From the NCBI GenBank assembly GCA_965112155.1, contig OZ218100.1: DNA of 64,000 bases. The stretch is one strand, 5' to 3'. The DNA is from Podarcis liolepis (Eukaryota). The position numbers and the translations under genes were made by a program. The notes beneath the pieces were generated by a model. That model searched no databases and was not told the origin of the DNA. It was given only the letters and a program-made list of their open reading frames with translations. Below are positions 12,778-25,725 of this stretch, one piece after another (the stretch's first letter is position 1; each line of letters starts with the position of its first letter).

Positions 12778-15700
12778 GAGAGAAAGTGTATATTACCTCT
12801 GCAAAGTAGGTTGTTCTGCACCTGTTTGCCTTTAGCGGCCTTTTGAGCATGCTGGTCATATTCTCTATAATTGGCTAAATGAAATTTTCATTACTGAGGC
12901 TATACACTTGCAAAACTAGTCAACCTACATCCACAGAGTTGCTTTAATTTTGCTTTTATCTTTACAAAATGTGAAAGGGCTTTAAAAGATTTGCATATAA
13001 ATTGTTATTATTTTTGCCCTTTTAGTTTGGCTATGATGGGTAAGGCTGCAACTAGTGCAGAACACAGCAGCTTAATTACTAATGAGCTTGAATTGCTAAG
13101 AGCATATTATCTTGCTTCTTCAAAAGCAGCCCTGACTCCCAGTGGGGAGCTTTGGACTTCAGCTTTTTCTCTGAGCCCTCCGTTGCTTGGCCCTATCTTC
13201 CAGAAGAATCCCTAGGTTCAATTATTGCAAATTCCTGCCTACTCCCTCTGAAATGAGATTAATCAGAACTCATCCAAAGAGACTCCTTATCGTTCCACTC
13301 ATGTCCTTTCTGGTAATCCACTGAAGGTTGTAAGTGAAAAGGATAGTCTCATCATCCCAGGCCTCAGGATGGCTCTGCTTCCAGGCAGCCCCTTGGTCTC
13401 CCTTGGCATGGCTCCAGCTTAGGTCTGGATCTTTGCCTGGACAACAAGGGAGTATTTGGGCATGACTTTGTGACTCTCCAGTATTACTGCCAGACTATCC
13501 GCTAGTCTCTCTACCTACGGACATTCCAGTCTGTCATCTGTGTGCCTGCATTGCACCATCTGTCCCTGCACCATTGACTTTCCATGTTAACCTTATACAG
13601 AACTGACTCTGAGACTCCATCTTGCCCATCTTGTCTCTCCAACCTTCAGTTTGCACTTTTTGTCGTCCATCTGTTGCTGCTTGCCTTTGACCCAGCAGTG
13701 ACAAAATCCATGCAAAGAGATGAGTAGAGACTTTATCCTCTGTGGCTGCTTCACAGTTATAGAATTCATTTGCCCGGGATACCGAGCAACTATGCCAGCT
13801 CCAAGTTTCTGAAAAGCCATGGGTAAGATGGGCTCCGTTCTCCTTGCCACCATCACCACTGTTGGTTTTCTGCATCTGATCCCCATCACTTAGTTGTGTT
13901 CATTAATTTAAGTAGATCTACTCTGAGTAAAACATAGCTGAATCCCACCCTCTGCCACTGCCTGAACACTCAGAAAGGGCAGGTGAACCAGCACTGACAG
14001 CACAGAGGAGGACCAGCAGGCCCAGGAGTCTCCAGGGAACAGCAGTGGGACCCTGAAAGCTTGTGAGCCACATCTGGTGCCAGGGATACTAACCTCTGAA
14101 GGAAGCCCTGCTCTGTAATGATTAACATTCAATGGCATTAAGCTCCTCCACTGCATGAAGGTGTGCCTTTAATGTTTTAATGATCTAGTAGGTGTTCTAA
14201 TTAGTTGCTTTATAGTTCAAGGTTGACTTTAGTCTTTTCATTTTTTTCCTGATGCACCCCCAGATTAATGTAATAATGACTGAGATTCCTTTATCAGTTA
14301 ATTCCATGTGATTTGTACCCTGTTTTTATTGATGGTTACACGTGATTGGTACATGAAGCAGTTTATGCCAGTGTGACTACAATGGCATTGTAAGGCCCTT
14401 CTGCAGTTCTGCTTGTCACTTAAAATCCATCACAATCAATTTGTTTCACATCCTTGTGTGCAGCTGGACAAAAGTATCTCGGTGATGTCTTTAAACACCA
14501 CATATCTCTGCTGCTTAAATTAATCATCCTGAGTCTTGTTCCTTGACACTTAGAACCATATTTCCTGTGAAATAGAATACAGATAGTAAATTTTCAATGG
14601 TCCTTAATAAAGAATGTGCAGACACAGCGTTAGAAGTGCATTTTGGAAGTGGGAGCTGGCATCTCACAGTTAAGGGAATATTATTGATGCCACACATGTT
14701 TCTATGGTACACAAGATTTGAATCAACTGGTAGTGTTGGCATAATCTGAAAATCTTTCTCTTCTTTACATATTCATGCATAGGAACCAGCATTTGTATTG
14801 GCATTTGCATTTGTATTTTTGTGTCATTTCAAAACGCAAATAGCAACCCTGTTCCCAATGCAATACATTCCCAGTTTTGCCATAAAACAGCTGTTCTCTA
14901 ACCACGATAGCCAATCATATTAATTTCTTTTTGTTTCTTCACACCCAAATTGTACTTTCCGAACAAATATATACATGATGCTACCAGTATTTCAAATACT
15001 GGTGGGACTACTTTACTTTTCCCAATTCACGTGCTTCTGGCTCCACCTGCAACGCCCCCAAGAAATTAGTGCAAAGGTCCGAAGGGCTTTGTGTGTGTAT
15101 TCAGTTGTGTGTGTATTTTTTTTCCATGATCAGAACTCAACAAATTAGATGAGTTTTCAGGTTCTGAGCAGGGTAGTAGGGAATTTGAGACTTCACGGTG
15201 CAGGAGAGGCAAATTCAGCTTAAGTTTAGGAATAAGCTAAAGTGCTTGTCAGTATACTGAGGGAATAACTCAGATTATTTCTGAGCTAAAGGAAAGATGG
15301 TCCATGGGTGGCATGCCTAATGCTAATTGTGGGCTATAATTCTTAATAATGAGAAGTGGCCAGTAAATCTATGAAACAAAAGTATTCTTCTCCTTCAGGT
15401 TGTGCTATGTGTGCCATAGAGCTAGGACTCTACTTTAGTTCCACGTGCTTCTTTTTGGGGTGCTTCCTGGTGCAGGAAGTATATCCATCCTTCTCCCTTC
15501 AAAATTTTCCACAGGTTAGAACACGATGGTTGTTATTTCATTAGGAGGGGAAAGGAGAGGCTGTGTTTCTGGTAGTAGAACAATTTACCCTTGCCAGGTG
15601 TTTGGAACAGCATGGCTTTGTGTCTTTTGTATTCAGGAGTTTTCATGTGGGTGGCAGGAAAAGAGGGAGATTCTTAGTATGCTTATATGACTGCCATGCA

Positions 15701-16308
15701 AGAAGATAAATGTAGGTATATGAAACAATGGTTTGCTCATTCATCTTGCCTTGCCAAACTGCTTATACTTTAATTGCTTTAACTCCCTAAAACACATTTT
15801 TCTTCCCATTTGAAATGCACCACATGGGTATCCCTGAGTAGCTGTTCTGTCTCCTCACAACTCAGGGGAATTATTTGCTGATGGGGCAAAATCTAACAGA
15901 GCACTCTGACAGCTGATGGTTGGAGGAGACCTGTTAACTCAAAATTGCAGGGATCTTATTAAATCTGGCCCATCTGGACCTGGTGTTGACCCTGCCCCTT
16001 CTGTGCCCTTAAAGGAATATTGGCAGTTATCAGCTCCTATGGTGAGGAGGACGGCATTAGGAGCGTTGTCTTACAAGCTAGAGGAGTTTGGCAAAGCAAC
16101 ATCTTCTTCCCTAGAAGGTCCAGGAAGACGGGATAGTGCTCTTCTGAGTTTGAGGGGAAATTGAGATCAGAAGCCAGGACAGCAGCCATTATTGCTGACG
16201 GGTTCTGCTTATTATGTGCACTGGCCTTCTGAATCTGTGCCAACATATACTAATGCATTGACATTTCTGAACATTTCAAACAGGTTAAGAAGTATCATAG
16301 AGTCTCTC

Positions 16309-16449
16309 CAAAGGGTGGCTAACCTGTGGACCTCCAGATGTTGTTCAAATCCAACTCCCATTAGCCCTAGCTGGCATAGTCAATGATCTGAGATGATGGG
16401 AGTGGTAGTCAAACAGCATCTGAAAGGCCACAAGTTAGCTTATTTCCTG
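16309..16449. mobile_element. palindromic hAT-like MITE
   Basis: Inverted arms ggctaacctgtggacctccagatgttgtt...gatgggagtggtagtc...catctgaaaggccacaagttagc. Confidence 0.7.
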
Positions 16450-18396
16450 CCTTGTTTCTTTTAGAGCAAGGATGGGTATCATAAGGAAAGCTATCATGAA
16501 CTCAAGAATTAGCCAAGATTTTTTGCTGCCATAAACCAATTGAGTTACATGATCTGAGTGATACACACCAGCATAATTTGTATCACTGCATGGGATCCTG
16601 AAGTACACTCCTTTGATTATATGCAGCTTTGTGTGCACCCCCGAAAAATATTGTTGCTCATAGCAGTGGCTTGGTTTGCTCATGAAATTGGCCCAGGACT
16701 GCAGTGACTCTCAGAGAACAGATTGTCTTACCACATTTGCATCTAATTTGTGGCAAAATCCTTCTTATAGCTTGACAGTGTTAACGAACAGAGTCTACAG
16801 TGCGCAAGGGGCACACACATAGGCTGTGTATGTGTAGTCTGTAGTGGCAGGGTTCAAGTTGCATATTCAGAGCCTACACTTATAAGTGTGTTAGCACTGT
16901 TCACTATTTTCTGCCAACAAGCTTAGATCTGGATGGCCTGCAGACACAAACCTGTTCCTCCTTTTCCAGAAATTGTATATAATTTTTTGCGTGAACAATC
17001 CTAATGATTTAGCTTTTCACATGTTTGACTTAGCCATGTTTTGACATATCAATCTCATTGTGGCAGTCCATCCTGCTTTACAGCATAAAAGTCTTCCCAT
17101 AGTGCTTGATGGCTATGTTAATAGGATCACAGCAAGTTTCTGCAGTACTAGTCTGAGAAAACTGTGTATAAAAATATGATATGACAGGTTAAAAGAGACA
17201 GAGGGGAGAGACTGACTGACTCCTCTTATTCTGATTTATTTTTAAAGGGTTTGTTCCAAAGTCAAATAACTTGTTTATATTTCCCTCAGAAGCTCTCTTG
17301 TGTATAAATTGTGTTCACTTCTAGGATCAATCAAGGGCACAGCCTGGGCATCGTAATTATGATAATTGGTAGCAGTATGCAGTTAATGACTGTGAAAGGA
17401 ATAAGTTGAGTGGGGAGCAGGCAGCTTGAGGAAAGCAGTTTGAGCAGAGATGTTGGAGCACATTTTGTTGGACAGCCATTATTGTACTTGGGTCTACTTG
17501 TATAAAAGCAAGGAAAAAAACAACAAAGGTATTTCACTTTGCCTTAGTTGTTTTCGTATAATAAAAATGATGTTATGTTTTTTAATGCTAGCAGGTCTAC
17601 TACAACTCCTTCAAAAGACAGATTGTTTTCTTTCTCCACATTTTAGAATTCAGTGCTAAAAGGGCTCTGGAGATGCAAACAGAAAAGTCATTACGTAACT
17701 GTAATCAGGGGGGTTTTTAATGACATTTGCAGACAGCTGTCCTTAATTTTTATACTGGGGGGCATCCCCTTCCCCCATAGTTTAGAATGACCAATCACTA
17801 TCTAAGTTCAAACAGTATTCTAAATAAAAGGAAACAGCCCTTCACATAACTAAGGGTCATGTGAACTGGCCCTGAAGCTGCATTATAAAGGGCCCATTCC
17901 CTCTTCTATTGGAATAAAACTATATTAAAAATTCTACTTGCGGTATAAGCAACTGCATGCTATAGGTTTAAGAAATCTCTGAGTTGTGTATGATCAAAGG
18001 CGTTGAGTTGGCTTTCAAAATGTTCAAACCTCTTTTTGTGAGTAGATCAATAAAAAAAAGAGTGCTACAGAAATGGTGCATAAAGGTGATTCATTTCTCA
18101 CCCTTTGCTAGCTTTCTGCAAAAGGCTGCAATTGAACTTCAGACTTTTCACTGAATTACTTTGCCTCGTTCTCAGTAAGCATAAAAAGATGTTTGATGGA
18201 TGGTCACTGTGATCTTGAGGAAATAGCCTGTTTCCTCATCAGAAAAGCTCAGGTTTTAAAAAGAAATCAGGAGATTTTGAAGTCTACAGTCAGTTCTTCT
18301 TTAATTCTATTTAGAATACCTTCCGTTCTTTATTTTCAGCTGAAATTCTTCCCATTGTCTGGCAAGGACATCTACAAACCAAAACTGAACAAACAA

Positions 18397-18485
18397 CACA
18401 ATCCTATGGATTTTTACTTGGCAATAAATCCAACTATGTTCACTGAGGTTTACTGCCAGGTAAGTGGGGATAGGATTGCAGTCTA
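18397..18485. repeat. short palindromic squamate repeat (caatcctat...ataggattg family)
   Basis: Inverted termini caatcctat / ataggattg. Related copies at ~19644-19700, 42021-42083, 52101-52182, 53338-53410 and 53868-53950. Confidence 0.6.
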
Positions 18486-19350
18486 AGTCATTTTTGCTTT
18501 ATTTTCATTGGCATTTTTCTACTGCTAAGTATAGCAGAAGCATACCCAAAACAAACAAAGAATAGCTATTTTGTACTCCTTATAATAAATACACTCCTCC
18601 TGTTTAAAGTACAAATCTGCATCCTTACTTTTCTAAACATAATTACTGGCGCTATGCAGGAAGCTGATAATCCATTCAATTAAAGAACAGAAGGCAAGGT
18701 ACAATACAAGAACTCTGCAGAGACAAGAATACAAATGATCGGACATTGGGCTAAAGAGCTGAGTTAAAGGAAATATTTGAAACTCTTTGGCCTATATTCA
18801 CCCAGTTCTAAACAATAAATAAAGCACTGGAGACATCCTGACTGTAATTGGCAAGGCCAGAGGGTTCACAATTCCTTGCAAAGAGACAATGTTGTCTGTG
18901 TTTGACAAAATGTGAGGCTAAATAAGAGAGATTCAGTGGCTTGGCTGCAGATTTCAAAGGAGGGGAGGGGAGGGGGAAGAATAAAAAAATAAAAAAAATT
19001 AAAAAGCTGCATTTCATAAGCTGAATTTTGGCATTTTTGAAAATGAAGAACTTTTGCTGTGCAGCAAACTACAAATATTGTGCTGAAACCTCCTCCCTTT
19101 TTAACAATTATCTGGCTGTTTTAGACTAATAATTAAGAGATTTACAGCCTGATCACACCATCTCATTTAGCTGCTTCAGAGCAAGCTGAAACATGCACCA
19201 CTTCTAGCATAATTGTGTCCAAAGCAAAGGGGCTCAAAGGTCTTCAGCCACGACCTACTTGGCTTATAAACTTCCACTAAAACCCCTCTGCAGCAGTATC
19301 TCAGTGTTGTGCCATTGGTTAGGGACCATTACCACTCTAATAGGCTACTC

Positions 19351-19492
19351 CAGGCTTCCCCAACATGGTGCCCTCTAGATGTGTTGGGTTGTAACTTCCA
19401 TTATTCTTGATCCTTGGTGATACTGGCTGGGGCTGGGGCTGGTGTGAGTCATAGTTCAAAACATCTGGAGGGCACCATGTTGGGGAAGGCTA
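19351..19492. mobile_element. palindromic hAT-like MITE with degenerate 8-bp TSD
   Basis: TIRs caggcttccccaacatggtgccctctagatgt / acatctggagggcaccatgttggggaaggcta. Flanks ggctactc / cactactc match 6/8. Confidence 0.8.
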
Positions 19493-19886
19493 CACTACTC
19501 TAATACCACTCTACCATTTTAATAATTTGTAAGTAGTGGAAGATGCCACCCTTTTCTGCTCAACTGGTTAGAATGAAGGATGCCTGGTGGAATGGTCAAA
19601 GACTAGCAGACCAACAGGTATTTATTCTTGTGCCAGCAATGGGAGCTGAAATCCAGTCCTACACTCCACTGACACTCTGCTGCAGAGCATAGGATTACGC
19701 TGTAGAACTATTTAAAATAAACACTGATATCAGTAAGCACTACTGCTCCCAACCAAGTACTATCTCTTGGTCCTGAGGCTGCAGGACGTTTCCCATACAT
19801 ATTAGCTCTAGCCAGAACACAAGAGGCAATAGTGAGAAAGAACACCGTCTATCTAGCAACACAATCCTATATGAGCACAATGCTCT

Positions 19887-20065
19887 TAAGAACATAAGAA
19901 GAGCCTGCTGGATCAGGTCAATAGCCCATCTGGTCCAGCATCCTGTTCTCACAGTGGCCAACCAGATGCCTGTGTGAAACCCACAAGCAGGACCCAAGCA
20001 AAAGAGCAATCTCCCTTCCTGTGGTTTCCAGAAACTGGTATTCAGAAGCATGCTGCCTTCTATAC
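19887..20065 (-). mobile_element. CR1-clade LINE 3' end (ttcttatgttct-tail family)
   Basis: taagaacataagaagagcctgctggatcagg...cccatctggtccagcatcctgttctcacagtggccaaccagatgcc. Confidence 0.85.
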
Positions 20066-20950
20066 TAGCCTACAGCTACATATCCACCCAGATCACAGTC
20101 CTGAACCAGCTTGTCCCGCCCTCCCCTCCATGCCAGCTAATTGTTAAAGCAAAATCAATCTGGGAGAGCAAACTACATAAGAAACTCTGACATAACTCAA
20201 GAAATTTTCTGGTGGTGATTAGAGGCCAACTAGATTAGCACCTCATAGTTACCTTGGAAATAAAACTTCCAATGCAAATAGCAGTAACGGGGGTCTCAAT
20301 CTAGATCAGGACTACTGCAGAGGACAAAGGCTTAAAGGCTCTCCATGACAAGCTCCTCATCCAAACTGATGACCCCATATCAACAATTTGCTTTTTAGAA
20401 GGTATTCCTTCAGTTACCAATTGCAAGAATGAAATTGCATCTAAAATGTAGAAATAATTGTTTCCAGCAAGTTAGGGCATGGCATTGAATTCAGCTGAGT
20501 GTTTTACTCCCATGCAAAAGCACCAGGCATTTGCAGAAAGTTTAAAAGAAGTAACGCCTCTTATAACAGCTCCCTTAATTTTCCATGCAATATTCCTAAA
20601 GTGCACAAAAAGTTTGTATGTTATGTACTTTCATTCACATTGAACATGCAGTATCTAATTACAAACATCTGGTCTGATATTTGGTTTCCTTCCTCATAAC
20701 ACCCACTAAGAGGTTGGATTTTGCATATGAGAAACAGTATATGTAGGAGTGGCCAAGCTGTATGACACATGGTAACTTGAGCCGAACATTTTCAAATACG
20801 AATAATGCTGGGGGGATGTCTATTCTTTCCTTGTTTCCTTATTGCATGTTTTGCAAGCATCCAGTCAAGTGAGACATACTTAACATTTGAATCACAAAAT
20901 AAAATGCCACAACCCAGATCGTTCTAAACTCATTTGCCACGGAGTCTCTT

Positions 20951-20963
20951 TGAGTCAGGAAGT
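20951..20963 (+). promoter_or_regulatory. AP-1/ETS composite motif
   Basis: TGAGTCA directly followed by GGAAGT in unique sequence, ~100 bp upstream of a candidate ATG and splice donor. Confidence 0.35.
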
Positions 20964-21051
20964 GCTCAGTAAATTCTGTTCATAATTCGCTTCTGGCAGT
21001 GAAACGTTTCCTTTCTGAAAAGGAAAAGATAAATGGCATTCGCTTTTCATT

Positions 21052-21093
21052 ATGGATACTTTTGCAAGCAAGTCTGTGTTTGAGAGGGAAGTG
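21052..21093 (+). CDS. candidate coding end of an alternative first exon (MDTFASKSVFEREV, phase 0)
   Basis: attATGG start (A at -3, G at +4), 14 open codons, then a GTG|GTAAGT donor. The peptide is not recognised. Confidence 0.2.
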
Positions 21094-24000
21094 GTAAGTA
21101 AAATGGATGCTGAGTAAAAGTGTGTTTCTTACTTTGGAAATTTACAAGTTTAGGAATCTCAGATGAAAGTGGTTGTGGATCCAGGCTATCTCAAAATGGA
21201 AAAAGTCGTTATCAGTCTTTCAGTGTTTTTGTACTGAGGATTAACTATAATTTCCCATTGGTCTTGAAATGTAAAATAAAGCTTTCTTTTAACACAGTAT
21301 TATAACCACTTTTAAGAATAGAATATAACAAATGAAACTGATTTCTTTACTGGAATTTAAAATATCTCTCTCTGTGTGTGCATCTGTTGAAATAACAGCT
21401 TTACTTTAGGTTTATATCTCCCTGAATGAAATGGTTGAAGAAAGTAGTTGATGAATTTGTTTTAATGGAATACAGTAAAATTATTTGTGTGTGTTTGTTT
21501 GTGTGTATGTTTGTGTTTTAAATCAATTAAAAGCTGCTTTTCTAGCATTGGGAGTCACTGACACTAATAATACAACAGCCCTGACCAAAGCAAGACTGAA
21601 GGTAACAGGTAGCTATTTGATTTTTCTGCCCTTCAAAAGATTGAAGTGGGGGAGGGGAAACTATTCATGTAATATGGTGTGGATGACCTGCAATTAGCAG
21701 GACCTCCCAGTATATCCTTTCTTATTAAAACTGGATTAACTATTTTGCTAAGCAAGTACCAGATGCGAATGTCTGTCCCAGGATACCTTGGTGTTTGTTT
21801 CCATATACTTTATGTGTTTGTTTATAACTGTCTATGTCAACAGATATATCTGTTGTGCATGTATAGCAGGTTTGGGCCATGTTTGAAATTAAGGAGGAGG
21901 GGAGAGAGAGAAAGGCCTTGGGATTGTGTCCTCATTGAGTTGTATCCACTTCCACCCAGGCAACTTAGTCCATCCATTTTCACTGAGGCCCGCCCCCCAT
22001 GCCTGTCTAAGCCCTACACCTGAAAAGCTGGTTCTGGGGATTAGGGAGCCTCTGGCACATGGCATGGAGGGCTCAAGCAGATAGCAAGGATCTAAAAAAC
22101 ATAGGTGGTTCTACTTGTACAAGTAGATGTGCTTGTTGCTAAGGCAGAAGCAGAAGCAGAAGCAAGGCAGAGGACTGTTATTGCACTTCTACATCTTTTT
22201 CAGATTATCTTTTGTGGGGAATCCCACTGAATACTGTGGGAGGAAAGTGAGCTATGGCAGCTTCTGGGTTGGTGTAGCTTTTTCCTGGTTTGGGGGCATG
22301 TCAGAGAACTACTAGGATGATATTGGATCCAGTGCCTTCCCCTGGTCCTTCTCTGGCATGTCCCCTTTTCAACCCTAGTGATATCAGAGCTTTGAGGTCA
22401 GGAAGAAAGGGCTACAGAAATTTCCATGGCAGAGGGAAGGGGGCATCCAACATTAGATCTCTCCTACCCTCCAAGGTCAAAACTCTCATGATTTTGGTGG
22501 CCCCTTGGGGCCTTCATGTCCCAGAGACCATGGAACAGAAGGGTGAATATGTCTGTGATTGTTTCAGGTGGCGAAATAATTAAAATATCCCAAGAGAATT
22601 GTTGTTGTGCACTTATAGATAGCAGAGCTTCAGAAAAGCAAAATGAATTGGGTAATCTGCACAGATGCATATCTATATTTATGAGATCACTGGGATTTGT
22701 CTCTCATTATTTAAATTGAAATATATTATTGAACAATAATATAAATGTCTTTTTTTCTTACCTAAGAAAGAAGGGCACAAACCAACTAAAGTGGAACACT
22801 TTAAATTTCTATAGTTTTCAATAGGTGAAGATGAAACATCTGAGAGACAGGAAGAGGTCCGCTGGGCCTCAACAGTTTGAAAAGAAAGATGCTGGCAACA
22901 TAGCAATGCTAGCAGCACATTTGACTTTTCAAACAGTCGGGGGAAGGAGGGTCCCAGTGAGCCTTTCCCGTCTGCAAGGGAGAACTCTTCACCTATCAGT
23001 TACCCTCTCCCTGGTCCCCTAGGTCAATTCTTTGCCCTATGAGGAATGGGAATAGGTTAGTGAGCAATGGAAAACAGGATGCTCAAGTACCGTAAGCAGA
23101 ATCAAGGCAAGTTTCACCACCTACAATGAATCTGTACCTTTTGGGATTCCTAGCTTGCTGAATTCCGTGCCCTCTTTGATGAACAAGGTGATACCACCTC
23201 CAGCATGTCCTTCGCTGCCCTTCCTATATAGTTTTATATTCAGAGATAATTGTTTCCCACTGGTTCTCTCTATTCCTACAGGTTTTTGTAGTGCCCCACT
23301 ATGTCACTATATCCTAAGCTTCTGGCTCTACTGAAATATTCATACTGTGCTTAAAAAAAATAAATCTTGTTACTTCTTATCCCACATTTGTTGCAGGATC
23401 TCTGTTTGCTAGTTTATAGAGGGAAAGATATCATACTTTGATACCAGATCTCCCCACAGTAGTAGTACTCAAATGCAGATCAGGAAAGCATGCAGTTAAG
23501 ATCTGCAGGTAGGCTTTCAGCTAACAGTGCCAGACTTGCAGTTGTATGAGCAGTTCAAAGAGCTCAGCCCTCTTCCCCTTTAATTAGCTTCAGTGGTAAA
23601 TTACAGGCAATCATTATATAGCCGTTAAGTGTTCTTTGCAGAATTAATTTTCCACCCAGAGGTCTCTTGGCATTTAGGAAGACGGTTTTGAAGCAAGAAC
23701 TGTAAAGGGGAAATGGAGCAAATGTGAAACAATAATGCTATTGTTCACTCTAAGATTGACGCTGTCAGGATTGCATGTGGTCAGTATTAGAGGTTTTCGT
23801 TTTGTTTGTTTGTTTGTTTTTTAAAGTTTGAGTCCAATGTTTGATTCAAGTAATTGGAAGCTCCTACTGGAAATACCCTTCCATCCTTTGGTTCCGAGTT
23901 TTCCCTAGGCACAGTCACCACATTCCTAAGCTGCCAAATTCTGCCTCAAATATCAGGTAGTGCAGCAGTAAACTTGAAAACAAATGATATATGCACACAG

Positions 24001-25302
24001 ACCAGGCCCTAAGGGAAATCTCTGGAGAGAGAAAAATGAAAAACTCTGTGCCTGTATTGTCAATACATGACACTTTCAATCTTGCAGTAGGACAGGAGTC
24101 CCTTCTATGCCGTTTGAGAAGCTTATTCTTCTGCACTCAGTTACAACTGAATTCCCAACCAATGTCATTTGACTGACATGAACACTTAGGAGACATAGTA
24201 TATTGTTCTCTAAGAACATATATGTATGTGCACCTTTCCATAGGAAGGGATCAAGTCATAAATGCCCATATGCTGGTATTAATATCCTGCCTTAGCTCCG
24301 CTGTAATTGTGATACACACACTTCGGCCATTGTCCCGGGGAGTTCCACTACAATCTCCTTCACATGCACACCAATCTTGCAGCCATATCAAGCGGTCATT
24401 GTCCCTCCTGATTCACCAGCTCCTATATCTGACACAGGTCCTGGACTGACAAATTTTCTGCACCTACATCTTCTTAAAAGACACTTAAATGTCTGTTCCC
24501 CTTTGCCAATATCTCTCCCTAAAGGCTGCTTGGGATTACTTTATGCTTGTTTTTTTTACTACAATAATGCTTAAATCTGATTACAATGTTAAAAGTATCC
24601 CTGAAATTCAGACCTTAAGTAACTTATTTTGGGTAACTAAATGCATTCCTTTTAGACAATTGGCTCACTGGGAAGCAGGCAATATTTTTAAAATTAGGTT
24701 GAAGGCTGTATGCTTCCCCAGAGAAAAATCAATATAGTGATGTGTTTATCCTGTGCAATAATAATATTTGTCCATGTGAGAATATGTATGGGGATTTCTT
24801 GCATACCATATGGCTTATTACTATTCTCAATCCAAACAGTAACAGCTGCTGCAGTTATGTGAGATGAGTTTTCTCAAATTGGAGATATGCAAGACTAGTG
24901 GATGATGGAGCTGCTGCTGTCTATAGATTTATTCCAAATAGCATAATTGGCAGCTGGCATTCTGTCCACCATTTCTTCTTTCGAGCATTTTTTGTTTTTG
25001 TGTGTTGGGATACATTTTTTCTGGAATAAATAGCAAAAGGCTTGTAAAGAAAACAAGGCATTGACTGAATATTTCTGAAGAAAATTAGAAGTGGTGCCAC
25101 AAACAGAAGACACATTACATTAAGTAACAAGTAGCATTGCAGCCTAATCCTATACATGTTTTCTTTTAAATAAGTCTGATTGTTTTCAGTGGGGCCTGCC
25201 CCCTGGTGCATACAACTGCAGCCTTGATGTGCCATGTTTACTAGCATCATTTGACATTTAAAAGTGACAGCAGATCTACCCCTTCAGGAAAAATTCAGCT
25301 TG

Positions 25303-25589
25303 GGGGATGGGTAGCGTGTAATACAAATATAGGGTCCTAGATTCAATCCCTGGCATCAATAGATAATGTTGGGAAAGCTCCTAATCTGAAACTCTGGAGA
25401 GTCACAGCCAGTCAGTATAGACCAGAAGTGATCTACAGGGCTCCAGCTTCCATCAACCCCAGCCAACATGGCCAATGGTTAGGTATGATGGGACCTGCAG
25501 TCCAGCAACATTTGGACAGCATCACATTGGCTACTTGTAGTGTAGTCAGTACTAAACTAGATGAAGCAATGGTCTAGTTTGGTATAAGA
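25303..25589 (+). mobile_element. Squam3-like tRNA-derived SINE interrupted by a MITE
   Basis: B-box-like gattcaatccctggcatc, then ctgaaactctggagagtcacagccagtcagtatagac, resuming at 25540 with gtgtagtcagtactaaactagatg...ggtataag. Matches 48293-48475. Confidence 0.75.
25423..25539. mobile_element. hAT-like MITE nested in a Squam3 SINE, 8-bp TSD
   Basis: Flanked by gtatagac (25415-25422) and gtgtagtc (25540-25547). Each is one change from the SINE's own GTGTAGAC. Confidence 0.75.
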
Positions 25590-25607
25590 ATGACGGACAA
25601 AATAGCC

Positions 25608-25725
25608 CAGCCATTGCCAACTTTGATGTTTTGTAGTACAACTCCCAACAGTCCCAACTAGCATGGGCAGCTGAAAATGGGACTGGTGGGATTTTCAGTC
25701 CATGACACCAGTTTGGCAAAAACTG
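25608..25725. mobile_element. degenerate palindromic hAT-like MITE
   Basis: cagccattgccaac...gatgttttgtagtacaactccca...gtttggcaaaaactg. Confidence 0.55.

Noticed and set aside
13534-13889. Overlapping minus-strand ORFs of 98-113 aa
   Set aside because: No recognisable motif; possibly decayed TE sequence that I cannot assign.
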